From NCBI RefSeq assembly GCF_009834535.1, contig NC_045698.1, positions 1,428,001 to 1,492,000 on the forward strand: a stretch of 64,000 bases of DNA, given 5' to 3'. The stretch comes from Camelus ferus. Taxonomy: Eukaryota. Below the pieces are notes generated by a model. It had not been told where the DNA came from. It made no database searches and saw nothing but the letters and a program-made list of their open reading frames with translations. Shown one piece after another: positions 49,931-61,859 of this stretch. Both the position numbers and the translations under genes were made by a program. How positions within the stretch are numbered: position 1 is the first letter of the stretch; each line of letters begins with the position of its first letter.

Positions 49931-51575
49931 CGTGGATTCGGCCAGAGTGACGCCCGCGCCCACGGCCCCGGGGGCTGTCCCGGATGAGCCTTCGGGACTG
50001 ATCAGGGCTTCACCCCCTCCCCCTCAGTTCGCCAGGCTGTGGCTCTTCTGCCTTCAGTGGAGGAGGCTTCCCCCTCCCTCTTAGACCTGAGCTTGGCCCC
50101 GGTTACACAGTGTCCTGTCGAGATGGAACCGGGAGCTCCTCCCCCAGTGGCATCTTGTTTCCTTAGCTTTGCTAAATCTTTTAATTAAAGTGTGTTAACA
50201 AAGCCAAAGAAAAACAAATAGCACTGCTTGCAAGAAAATTAAATCGAGGAACTCAGCCCATTTATAATTATTGTATTTCAATTAGGCTGTAGCAGGGCTG
50301 GGGGAACAGAAAGATAAAAAGCCCCGGCCCTGACACGGGCGTTTCGTGAATATTTGCAAAGTCCCGTTAGAAGGAGAGCGACATAAACGATGCTCTAAAA
50401 CGGCCCACGTCCCGGCAGCACCTTCATGCTGAACACTACGTGAAATAATTTACCCGCAGCATTCTCGCCAAAATTCGTCCTAGGATGCTAACGAAGCCTG
50501 TTTCTCCTCGTCAACAAACACCTGAAATTCCCTTGAAGAAATATGTTGTATCAATGCCTGGTAACATTTTAATTTATTATTTTAAAATTAAAACACAATT
50601 ACACTTTTGAAAGAGCCGGAATTAAATTTAAGCGCTGTCTGGGTTCTCGTGCTAGAGTAGCTGATTTTCACTGGAACAGGAAAAGCATAAACCATCAATG
50701 CGCGTCTAACCCATGTTTACTCTGCCGATTAAACAATGGAAGCGTGCATGTCTGATTTTTCTACTCTGAAAAATGTAAAAAGCATAAAAGAACTTACTTT
50801 TTCTCAGTCCTATGCAAACCGTGGCCTGTTTTCTCCAGTGCCGGGTGGAGAGAGGGGACGAAACTTGCCCCTGGGCTGGCGCAAGGGTAGCGTCTGCATC
50901 CTGTGATGCAGACGCCCCGACGACCCCAGTCCTCCCGGGGGTGCTGCGGCCGGGACTCGGGACGCCGTCCTGGAGCAGAAGTGGCCTAGGCTGGCTCTCT
51001 TCCTTGACACCTTAGTTTCAGTGTCTGTAAAACTGCAGAATCATCAAATACTGTCTCATAGAGACGTCGCTGAAGTAGGAGCCCCTCTGGCAGAGCTGAG
51101 CCACGAGGCACTGGGTGGTGGTGGCACTTTCTGATTGCTGTCTTTTCCCACTAGGATCTTGTTTTTTCCTAAAAAGTAGACAGGAAGTCAACCTTGTTTA
51201 TGTACATTCACAGCATTGAGGGAGGAGCAAAATCTTCTGAAAAGCCTTTCCGCTGGCGGGGAGGTGCGTGGACACCAGGGGAGCATTTCCTAACAGCTGG
51301 ACAGTGTCATTTTGTTCAGTGAATCTAATAACAAAATAAATGTGGTCGTGGGGTTTCATGATTGTAAAATTCCATTTACTATTACATTTTGCAAAAGCGT
51401 TTGTGCATCAGTGGGAAATCACGCCCTTAAGCCCTGACCCTTCCTTCCAGTATTAGAAGCAGAGCGGGCGTTTTGCTCTGATGTGCTGAGAACCCAGACG
51501 TCGCCCGCGGTGAACGGAGAAGGGGTGACACACCTGGGGTCCCAGGCTGTTGGAGGCGGCAGGACTGCAGGGCGT

Positions 51576-51675
51576 GGGGGTGTGTATTTCGGTGGTACAG
51601 CACTTGCTTAGCATGCATGAGGTCCTGGGTTCCATCTCTGGTCCCTCCATAAAAACAAAACAAACCAACGAAAGA
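51576..51675 (+). mobile_element. Short tRNA-derived SINE of camelid type
   Basis: 'gggggtgtgtatttcggtggtacagcacttgcttagcatgcatgaggtcctgggttccatctctggtccctccat' plus A-rich tail; degenerate Pol III A and B boxes; ~75-bp body. Confidence 0.85.
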
Positions 51676-52527
51676 GGAACTCCGGAGCCTCTGGCAAGGC
51701 TGCAGAGCTTTGAAGAGGGGCCTCAGCATGGTGGCCCAGGGCGGCCCGCGCAGGCCTGGGCCGGGGCGCCGACCGCACCCCGGACACAGGACGGGCTGCG
51801 GGACTCTGCCTGCGGGACCCCGGCTGCCCACGCCCTCTCCCGCTGCCTCAGTGAGCAGGGAGCCTGTGCTCCAATTTACAGCCCGTCATTTTGACAGCGA
51901 GTGATCTGCCGCTGTCTGGGTTTAAATTATGAATACGCAAATAATTGGATCCCTGCACCTAAAATTAGACGGTAATAAGGCTCCTCCGTCACCCAGGGAA
52001 CCGGGCCGGAAAAAGGAAAGAGAAAAAAGCAGAAGCAAACAGGAATCCCATGTCCATCCTGGGGCCCAGGTGTCCCCACCAGCACGCGGGCTTCTCTGGG
52101 GGCGCCGCCCCCCGGGAATGCTGGTGGTCTGGGCTTCGGGGTGTGGGGACCACTGACTGCAAGCCGCTTGCTCTGTTCACTGAAGGTCGCAGCCTGTCCT
52201 TGCGGCCCTGGGCCGAGACGCGAGCGGTCAGCGGTGCTGCAGCGACGGCCCGCGGTCTTGGGGGCATGGCACCGGTCAGCGGCGGACCCTGCCGTGCCCC
52301 AGACCCACCCTCTCCTCCCTCCCACCCACCATCATGAGCTGGCTGGCAGGGCTGAAAGATTTTCCAAGGCCATTCTTTTTATGTTTTACTGGTTTTGGAA
52401 TATAGAATATGCATTTTCATATAAAACAGAGGCTTTAATCTACTTTGTGTAACAGTTTCCCTTTCAGGCTGTAGGCTGTACTCAGTCTGCTGTATTTAAC
52501 CTCTGTAGGAAAAGTGAGTATCCAGGT

Positions 52528-52720
52528 TTGTGTGTGTGTGTGTGTGCGCGTGTGCAGGGTGTATGTGGGGTGTGTGTGTATGGGGGGTGCATGTGTGTGC
52601 ACACGTGTGCTATGTTGCAGGGTGTATGTGGGGTGTGTGGCACGGGGGGTGCATGTGTGTGCACATGTGTGCTATGTTGCAGGGTGTGTGTGGGGGCATC
52701 CTGCGTGTGTGTGCGCGTGT
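52528..52720. repeat. (TG)n plus ~62-63-bp tandem duplication (about 2.3 copies)
   Basis: Unit 'gcagggtgtatgtggggtgtgtg..ggggggtgcatgtgtgtgcaca.gtgtgctatgtt' starts at 52554, 52617 and 52679. Confidence 0.9.
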
Positions 52721-53440
52721 CCACGCTGCCTGGCCCGCTGCTCAGGCAGGTGCGTGACCTTCAGGGGGACCCCTCCCTCGGGGGAGCGCTGTCTTCCGGG
52801 GAGGGAGGACGGCGCGGCGCAGGTGCGGGTCCGCCCGGCTTCCCCCGCGGGTCGCGGCCTCCCTCTCGCTCCCCAATTGCTTTAGCCCGAAGCAGTTGAC
52901 ATTTACCCCAGCCAGATAATCGGGAATAACATTTGCGTTACAGTTTAACACGACCTCTGCCTCCACAGCGCTTTTTAGATTAGCTGCGAAGAGAAGGGGG
53001 GCCGTGGGCTGCGGGAGCAGCAGGCGGGGCGGCGGGCCGGTGATTGCGGGCGCGGGGGCGCGGGGGCGCCGCTGGCCTCGGCGGCGGCCGAGCGACTGTT
53101 AGCGGAAGGTATTAAGAGCAGGGCCCGGCGCCGGGCAGGCAGGTGCAAGCAAAGGTTAATGGACTGACTATTACCTGCGCGGGAGGCGCGCGCGGAGGCC
53201 CGGGAGCCGGAGTCTCTCTCTCCGGGGGAAACCAGGAGGGGCGCTGAGCAGGAGCGTGGAGGGCGGTGGGCAGGCCGGCCTCAGGGGCCTGGTCCTCGTC
53301 TCAGCGCCGCCGCGCCGGGAGAGAAAGCAGCGGCTTCGCCTGACAAACGGCTCCTTTATAGGTGACAGGCCAGCCCGCGGGCTCAGTGACCCTCCTGGTG
53401 TGAGACACGGAAGTGAAGGGCCGGGCGCAAAAATGAAAAC
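52720..53440. promoter_or_regulatory. CpG island (orphan; promoter- or enhancer-like)
   Basis: Very dense CpG and GC boxes (e.g. 53010-53210 'ggcggggcggcgggccgg', 'ggcgcgcgcgg') interleaved with short AT-rich motifs (GGTTAATGG, GATAATC); no repeat or coding exon recognised. Confidence 0.65.
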
Positions 53441-54869
53441 GCTAATCCACAGATTGAAAAGTACTTTGAATGGTAAGCAGGGAGAAACGGATTTGGAAAA
53501 GAGAAACGGAATGTGCCTCTAACAGCACCAGAAACAAGAACAGATACTCCTCCGCGCACGAGAGTTACTTCCCCTAAAAATCCGGTTCATTGAAGAACCA
53601 CCAATCTATCGTCTTCATCCACGGAATTAGGAGAGCACATTGTCCGGGGTGTGCCTGACCCCGCAACCCAACGGCACGTCGTGGAAGTTCCGGAAAGTCC
53701 AGGAGAAAGGCGGACCGGACCTGAAGGGAGCGTTCACTACTTATTACCCGCATGAGCAGTGGATTTTGCAGGGATCCCACATCTAAAAAAGACACAGAGT
53801 TCAGGCTCTGGTTGTGGGTTGTCATGCCACCTATGGAATGGGAAAGGCAGGCAAGCAAAACAAGCCATTCAAAAATAAAAAAAAATTTTTTGGACATTTT
53901 ACGAAAAATGCTTATTTTCACACTGGCAACATCAAGTTGCAGTGCCAACCCCGAATTTAAACTCCCGTTGTGAGCTTAAACTTGCAGACCTCAAAATTGC
54001 CCGGAGGGTCAAATGACCACGGATCAGATTAGCTGAGGGCCCTCTTACCCAGAGCGAAGCTCTCGTCTTTAGTGACATGAACGTCTGTGAAGTGAGAACG
54101 CACTCCACTCAGAAGCCTGCGTGGTCCGACGGGGGCCGTGTCCGCCCTCGGAGAGTTCTCTTAACCCCGAGGGCTCTGAGGGACGCGCATCCCCTTTCCA
54201 GTTGTTTGTCCTTTTATTTCATCTGCATCGTCTTTCCCTCCACCGCATCCATGAGAGGGACGCGAGTGCTGTCAGGGTGAAGTAGGAATAAAAGGCCGCC
54301 CTCACTCGGGACCCACGGGCGGCGCGACGCTGCTCTGAGCTCTGAACACTCAGTTCACGGGACGTGCATATGGTCTTTCTAACGAATTAAAATGCAAAAT
54401 CTGAACCAAGGCGGAGAGGTAGGAACCCGCTTCCACAGCCAGGCTGGCGCAAGAGCAGGGAGACCACTGGGCGGGGGGGGGGGGGTGGGGGGTGGGGTGC
54501 CTGGAGTCGGCGCCTCTTAAGGCTTAACTTGGTTTCCGGCCTCCCTTCTTTGAGATGGCAGTTCCCCGGGCAGTCACACTTCGGGCGAGGCGTGAAAACT
54601 GAATCATGGCTCAAGCGCCACAAATTGCAAAGCGCATTCCACCCCCAAGCCTCTCCGACGCCGCTAACTCTTCGGTTATGGTCGCCATGTGCCCACAAAG
54701 GTCCCTGCGGCCGGCGGCGCCACCTGCCCGATTAAGTGTGACCAAAGGCGGGCGGGCCCCTCCAGTCCTGCCCGGTCCCTGCCGCACAGAGGGAGTCACT
54801 GAGGACGGAGCAGCACTGAACCTGCCCTGTGTCTTTGAAAGGATGGCCCGCTGACACCGGGGAGGTTTT

Positions 54870-56325
54870 GCTCGGTATTTAATTAAGAGAGAAAGGGCTT
54901 CGGTGGAGAGCAGGCTGTGGGCGCCTTTGTGATTTCCGCTGACCAATCCAATTACGCGGGTAATTGCCGGCATGTTTCGCAAAGCACGGAGAATCGGTCC
55001 CCAAATAAATCAAGATCCGACAACGTGGCTGCTGTTCTGAAAAATGTGTCAGGGAAGGGACGCAGAAGCAGCGACCACGGTGTCCAGCCGTGAGGGTGCA
55101 GCCCGTCTCTGCACGTGGCTGGTTCCTTCGCGTCTTCCGTGCGCGCGATGTGCGCCCGGGGTGTCCGCTCGCGTCCCGCCGGCGGCCGGGACCGGGCCGG
55201 GCCCACGGCTCTCTGATTCCAGCCACACAGGGCTGAGGGCCAGCGACAATAACCAGAAGTTTCCTCCCCGCAGAGGCGAATGCGAAAAGACTGCTTAGTT
55301 CTCAGTCCCGCGATGCACAAGGCCTGTATCCTTCCGCACACATTTATTTCAAGGTACTTAAAAAGTGACTTTTATGAGATAATTTAGGCAGTGATTATTT
55401 TTGTTGAGAAATGTGTCCTTTACCCCTCTCGTTCATCCTCTGCTAAGATATTTCTGTTTGTCAGAATGCCACCGTCTCTGATAAATGACTGAAGACGGAC
55501 TGCTACACTTTATTAAAAAGTAATAACAATTTTTGTACGCACCCTTCACGTTGCAGGGGGGGACCATGAATCAAAGGACACTGCCTGTCTGGGCCTGATA
55601 AATGCGCCGTTTACCAGCTGAGGAGTTATTTAGGACTGGCTATTAATTTAAATCACATTTATCTTCCCCGGATGGGGGAGGCGGCTGTGATAGGACTTCC
55701 AATGACCAATGGTGCGGCTAAGTGCGCATTATTTATTACCACCGCCGCCATGGGGCTGCACAATATGTTCTAAAAAAAAAAAAAAAAAGGTGCCAATTAC
55801 CGCGGTTAATCTCGTCAGGGCAAGAACAAATTTCTTCCCAACCCAAGGCAATTTTCATGCGTGTACTATTTCTCCTCCAAACACAGACTTGCTTCTAATT
55901 CTCCATCATTGAACTCAGCCTTCTCACTTGCCGAAGCACTCATGGGACGATTTTACTTCCGTCTGCTTCACCTTTGTTTGCAGAACGGCGCTTTTTTTAT
56001 GCATTATTCCATGGAAGGTGTGTTCCTTTGAGCCGCTAATGAGCATTGGTGGGTGACACGGTGAGGTGAGATGTGCTGCAAGTCAGATTGGCCATATTTT
56101 ACTATCAAGTGTTTCCTCATTAATAATACTGCCTCTTGTATAGCTTTTCAATTCACTTAGTCCTTATTATGCAAAATAACAATTGGGAATAACTGATCAT
56201 AAGCATTTTTTTTCCAATTAACTTCAACTTGATTGATCTACCATGGAAGATGAAAATATTTCTAATAAAATGCATCTTAGGCACAAATTAAATCCAAACA
56301 CAAACAATTCGACTTGCTGACAGAG
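54870..56325. promoter_or_regulatory. Cluster of candidate conserved non-coding enhancer elements
   Basis: About 1.5 kb with no recognised repeat; TTAATTAA, CAATTA palindromes, TGATAAAT twice (55479, 55596), TGATTGAT (56230-56237), TGACAG (56318-56323), AACAAT and CCAAT motifs. Confidence 0.45.
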
Positions 56326-57129
56326 CCCAAGGCACGGCGGGTGTGGCTGCCGGGGAGCCGCTGTCCCGGCGCCCCGCGGTGCAAGGCGCACCTGGCGCGG
56401 ACCGCTCCAAGCTCGGGCTCCATCCTCCGGCTCCATCCTGGGGCTCCCAGGCCAGCCCACGGCACTGCCGTCCCACTGGCTTCGCAACCCGCGCTCACAC
56501 CGCCCAGCTGTGCAATGTCTGCTCTCTTAACGTACGTGCTCTCCCAGGTTGGACAGAATACGTTCGTGTTACACAGAATTAGTTCAAAATAAAATAATCA
56601 GAACATATCCATGTGTATGGTGCCCTGAACATGCATGTGTTCACACTGGTTGATGTGCAGATAGAAAGAGAATTGAAAAATACTAAATGCATTTAATTTT
56701 CTGGCTGTTTCCACCAAACTCACGGACGTGAGCGGCTTCCAGGGGAAAAGGCGCACGCAAGGACACCCAGAACCTGAGAGGAAGGCAGGCCGACCCTATG
56801 ACCAGTGTGGTCGGGACAAGCCAGAGCCTTTGCTTCTCTGATGGCTGGTTGGGCAGGCAGTGCGTCGCTGGTTCCTGGGAGCTCCTCAGACAAGCAGTTT
56901 GGAGGAACCCTAACCAGGCCCTATCCTGTGGCTGGAAGTGCGTCCTGGTGCAGCCTTCCCGGGGAGTAGGGAGTCCCCCGGCTTGGGCATGGCCGCCTGC
57001 ACTGCGTGCGCACGCCGACTCCCAGGCCGGGAAGAACCCCTCCCGGGCCACGGTGGCTTCAGTCCCAGGAATAACCTCAGGCATTTGCAAGCCAAGGTCT
57101 TGTGTAGAATGTGCAGTTGCGCAGGGGGA

Positions 57130-57330
57130 AATGTGTGCATGGGGATATGCACTTGTGCACACACGTGTGCACACATACATGTACACATTATATATCCACT
57201 TACGTAATTCATTTATTTCTACCTACATCGGATATGCATTATATATTTATTCATATATGTGTCTTTATCTGCATTACACACACTGTAATATGTATAGACA
57301 TACATATATAAAAATATATTTCAATAAATA
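57130..57330. repeat. (CA/TA)-rich low-complexity region
   Basis: Directly visible alternating purine-pyrimidine sequence. Confidence 0.75.
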
Positions 57331-57974
57331 CAGTTAACTAGATAGGTTATGTAAATAAATACAGCCTGAAAAGGAAGCTATTTTTCCTTTAAATAAGGGT
57401 CTTTGGGCCAGTTTGGTGAGAGGCCCTGCCTCACCCTTTCTGGCTGTTGGGAAGCATTTCCGGGGGAGCAGGCGGGCGGCGAGAGTACTGTCCCTCGAGG
57501 GGTGGCTCCCTGTGAGCCCCCCGGGAAGGCCCCTCACACTCTGATGGTTTCCCTCCTCTGCAGATACTGACGTCCTGCCTTTCCACAAACACTCGCCGGG
57601 TCAGGCTGATCGCTCTGCCCCTTCACATCTCTCTCCCGAGTCCAGCTGCGGCGCTGGCCCCGTGGCCGTGGCAGGTGAGGGCATCGCTCTGTCACCTCTT
57701 CTGCTGACGGGACTGGCTGGGGCAGGACCTCCGTTACCCTCCACACAGATGACTGTGCTGGCTTTGAACCCTTGTTTTGGAAAAACACCCTCGATTAGGC
57801 ACAGGCACCGTGTGCTGTGGAAAATTCACTGATCTGTGTAAGGAGTGAGCCATCTTCAAACACGGCCATGAGGAAGCCATCGGTGAAAAACTCACCATGG
57901 GGAGGTGTGTCGGGGGGGAGAGGCAGGAGCCCATCTCAGACCAGACCTGCTGGCTCTGCAGACTCCCCACCTCC

Positions 57975-58060
57975 CTGAGCCCCCTTTTCTTCCTTCATAA
58001 AATAGAACAATGATAGTAACCACCCATTCTGGGGATTCAATGAGGCACTGGGTGTAAGGC
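57975..58060 (+). mobile_element. MIR core fragment
   Basis: 'ctgagcccccttttcttccttcataaaatagaacaatgatagta..ggattcaatgag'. Confidence 0.45.
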
Positions 58061-59994
58061 CACCTCATGGGCCCTCCAGGGCTCCTAGCATCTCAATGAC
58101 GAGAACTCCCGTCATTTCAGAGCCCACACTGACATAATTCTATGGGGAGAACACAATCCTTGAGTAAGGATATTGACCTACCACCACCATCTGCATCAGT
58201 TAGCAAGTTTGCTGGGTCATGCTCAGTAACAAAAAAGCTGGGAATCTTAGTGCCTTTCCAAGTTTTCCTTTCGTAGCTGAGCAAGGGCAGTTCTCGTCAC
58301 AGACTCCTGGGATCCAGGATGAAGGAATGGGCTCAGTGGGAAATGCTGCAGCTGCCACCAAGCTTGAGAGGGGTAGAGAACTCCAAGAGGCCTCGCCTGA
58401 CCCCAGTGGGCTCCGGCCTGAAATTCGTAAATTCACTGTCTTCAGGCGAGAGTCAGGGCTGGCCTTTCTCCTCTAGGTAAGGAGACTCAGAGACAGACCA
58501 AGCTCCCCCTTTACCACCACGCTGAAGACAGAGGGTCCACAGGAAGAACAGGAAGTGAGACACTGTGAGGTCTCGGTGATTACACAGGATAACAGGTGCA
58601 CACACACTGCAGAGGGGCCGGTGTTGGGACCACCCCTGCCCAGGGCCCCATCAGGAGGCTGAGTCTTACCTGGCTTGTCCTGCAGAAAGCCAGCATCACT
58701 CTGGGGTCCCGGCAGAGTCATGGCCTCAGGCTGCCCAGAGTCCAAATGTTAACTGCTACAGGGGACATAGCACTGACCAAGACCAAACAAAAGCAAAGGA
58801 AAAAACTCAGTCTGGGCCTGGAATGGCCTGGGACCCAGAGAAGTGCCCTAGGTCCCACCCCAAGACATCAGTGAGTTTTAAATCCTGCCTGCCATAGAGA
58901 ACGGGAAATCCATCTGGCTTTTCCTCTGGAGGGCTGTCCACTCACAGATCACTTGCCTGTCCATCCTTTCAGAGCCCTTGCTCCTTGACCTACAGCCCCA
59001 AAAACCAAGCCTCTCTTTCCCGCACTGGTCTGGACTGAACTTCCTGTCCTGTCTGCTCTGAGCACCCAGAGCTGCTTTCTCCAGCTAAGTCATGGTCTCC
59101 CTCTCTCTCTCTCTTTCTCTCACTCTCTGACAGAGCTTGGGACCCAGCCTCTGAGGCTACAGCCCTGACCTCCCTCTCTAACTCCCCCACAACTCTGCTC
59201 CAAGGTAGAGCCTCATACTGGCCTGTGCCCAGGGGAGGACCATTCATCCACTGGCCCCCAGGTTCCTCACTGCCTTTCTTCTGATGCCTGTGGAGAAGCC
59301 ATCCTGTCTGCCTCCTGGCCTGGGTAGACTGACCACGTAACGCCATGTTTGACTGAAAAGATGACCGTGTGAAGTGGGTAAGTCCTGTCATCTGTCACGG
59401 TCCACTCCTCTCCTGTCCCAGGGCAGTATATGCTCTGGCTGGGCTGTGGCAGAGCCCATGGAAGCCAATGCCCTTGAGTGACAGCCATCCACAGAGAAAT
59501 GTGTGAGTCTTACCCAAGGACACAAACACTAGTGTCTGAAACATCCATGATGACAGCAAATCATCTTTTGAGCATGTAGGTAAGTTGTAGAAATATGAAA
59601 CATGATCACATAGAGCTGTGATTGATAAATGAGGTAGGGGAGCAAGATAATCTCCCTCACCCAGGCCGCAGGACACACACTATTTCATCATGATCCAGCC
59701 ACCCAAGCCCGAAACGTCAAAGGCAGTAATGGAGTCCTGTGCTGTCGTTCAGTTGCAGAAGAGTCTCTCAGTTGGCTTCCTCACCTCCATTCCCACCACA
59801 GTATACTAGTGTCTGCCTCTCCTGTTCTCCCGTGGAAAACGCCCGCAGGTCCCAGCTGCCTCCGTAACTCTGCTGTGTCTCCTGCTGAGTCTATGCTACC
59901 TGTTATTCTGAATTTTCCTAAGATTTCAAAACTCTTTGAAGTCCTTCCATTTCAGGGTCTGAGATCCTTCATAAGACATTCAAGTCACTGAAAT

Positions 59995-60460
59995 CTAATT
60001 TTAAGTTAATTTCTAAATATTTACTTTCTGTCACATTCTCTTCTCCCTCTTCTGCTAAGATTCCAATTACCTGTTTTTCTCCTAGTTTTTGAGATGCCTT
60101 TTCTTGATCTATTTTCAAAGTTGTTGAATTTTTTATTTGTATTTCCATTTGATATGAATCTTATCCCATGATTTCTTTTTATTTTAGGTTTTTGGTTCCA
60201 AAAATTCCATTTTTCAAAAATATTTGTATCAGTTTTGCTGACAAATGACTTTTCTTTTCATTCATTACAAACATACTTTCTTTTATCTCACTGAGTATAA
60301 TTATAATAGTCATTTTAAAGTCTTTGTCTGATAAATGCAACATCTGAGTCATCTGGGGTTGGCATCTGTTGTTTGCCTTTTCCCGTGAGATCGGGCCATG
60401 TTTTTCTGCATCTTTTTATGTCAAGTAATTTTGGATTATATCCTAAACATTAATCAGTGT
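59995..60460 (-). mobile_element. Ancient L1M/HAL1 5' (ORF1-region) remnant
   Basis: T-rich; 'ttataatagtcattttaaagtctttgtctgataaatgcaacatctgagtcatct' is typical antisense old-L1 5' sequence. Confidence 0.6.
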
Positions 60461-61679
60461 CCAGAGGTCCAGAATGTTGTTTCCATATTTTATTCAGAGT
60501 TTATAGCTGTTACTCATTGCAAGATTTATTAGGTAATTATTTACTTCTCCATGCCAAAAGTTGAGGTCCTTCTAACATAATTTTAGGTCTCGTCAATAAT
60601 ACTCCCCCTCCAAAAATCTGCTCTAATATTACAAGCACACTAGTCTCCTCACTGTTTCATGGGGATAACCACCACTTTCATCTCACATCACAGATGTAAA
60701 GACCCCCATTCAGAGTCAGCTCAGTGACATGCCCAGGTGTTTAGAGAAGTATATAGATTTTCCTGGACTAAGTAAAAAAAAAAATAACTAAGATACTTTA
60801 CTATAATATTACAATGTGACAGTCTTTGTTAAACTTGATATTTTATTTTAAAACAGCAATTTCTCTTAGTCAAAAAAAGCATCCCCCCCCACCCACCCCA
60901 TCCCCAGCAACATAATAATCTTCCTCTCTCTGCTACATACCAATGAGGTGAATTTGTAACGTGGAGATAGGGGGTCATGTAACATTCAAGAAAAAAATGG
61001 TAGGTTGTTGGCATTCTCATAATGTAATCAAAACATTAAAAGTGCTTTAAATTTTTATTTGCTTTAGAGAAGTTTCTAATTAAAAGGATTAGCTTTACAT
61101 GAACATTAAACTCCTTATCAGTGCTTCTTTATGTTCTATTTTTTTCCAATTATTTTCTAAAAATACAAAAGGCATTGCTTTTAAATAGAGAAGTCTGTGC
61201 TTCCTTATCTTTAAAATAATGTGAGAGGAGGCAAGAACAATTTTCTCTATTTCAAACTATGTTAATAACCTACAATATTTATACTTCCCCTCATAACTCC
61301 TACTCTCCCTTTGACTTCAACAGTCTCCAGTCATCTGTGAGAACCATAAGGATGAAAGTCAGGTGTGCGTAGCAAGGCGGTACGTAACAGAAAAAGTTAA
61401 GGGGGGACAAGGCAATTGGAAAGTAACCCATGTTTAAATAGCACCTGGAAAGAATAGACTACAGAGTGAAAGAATTACATGAAAAAGTGGGGATATCCCA
61501 CTGCGTAACAGACCAAACATGGAGCTTGAGGTTGCAAAACCTGTGCCTCTTAGGCCAGCTGGCACCTCATGAGCACTATAAAGAGAGAAAAAAAAGAAGC
61601 TCGCAGTTAGGTCTCTCTAGCAGTCAGCATCAAACACTGGGAAGATTAAAGGCTTCAGAGACAGCAAGCAAGACCTCTC

Positions 61680-61859
61680 AACTAGTTCTGCCCCTTCTGA
61701 GCTGGGTGACCTTGAACAAGCTAGCTGCTGCTTCTTGCTGATCTGTGTTGAGATCTGTGTGAGACAGAGTTATACTTTTCCACCTGAGAGTGAGAACTAT
61801 GCAGAGAATGCCTATAATGCCCAGTATGTGGTAGGAATTCAATGCATTGAAGCTATTTA
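61680..61859 (+). mobile_element. MIR SINE abutting the triplet repeat
   Basis: 'gctgggtgaccttgaacaag' and 3' end 'gcccagtatgtggtaggaattcaatgcattgaagctatt'. Confidence 0.55.

Noticed and set aside
51576..51650. tRNA gene
   Set aside because: Degenerate A/B boxes, no convincing cloverleaf and an A-rich tail indicate a SINE.
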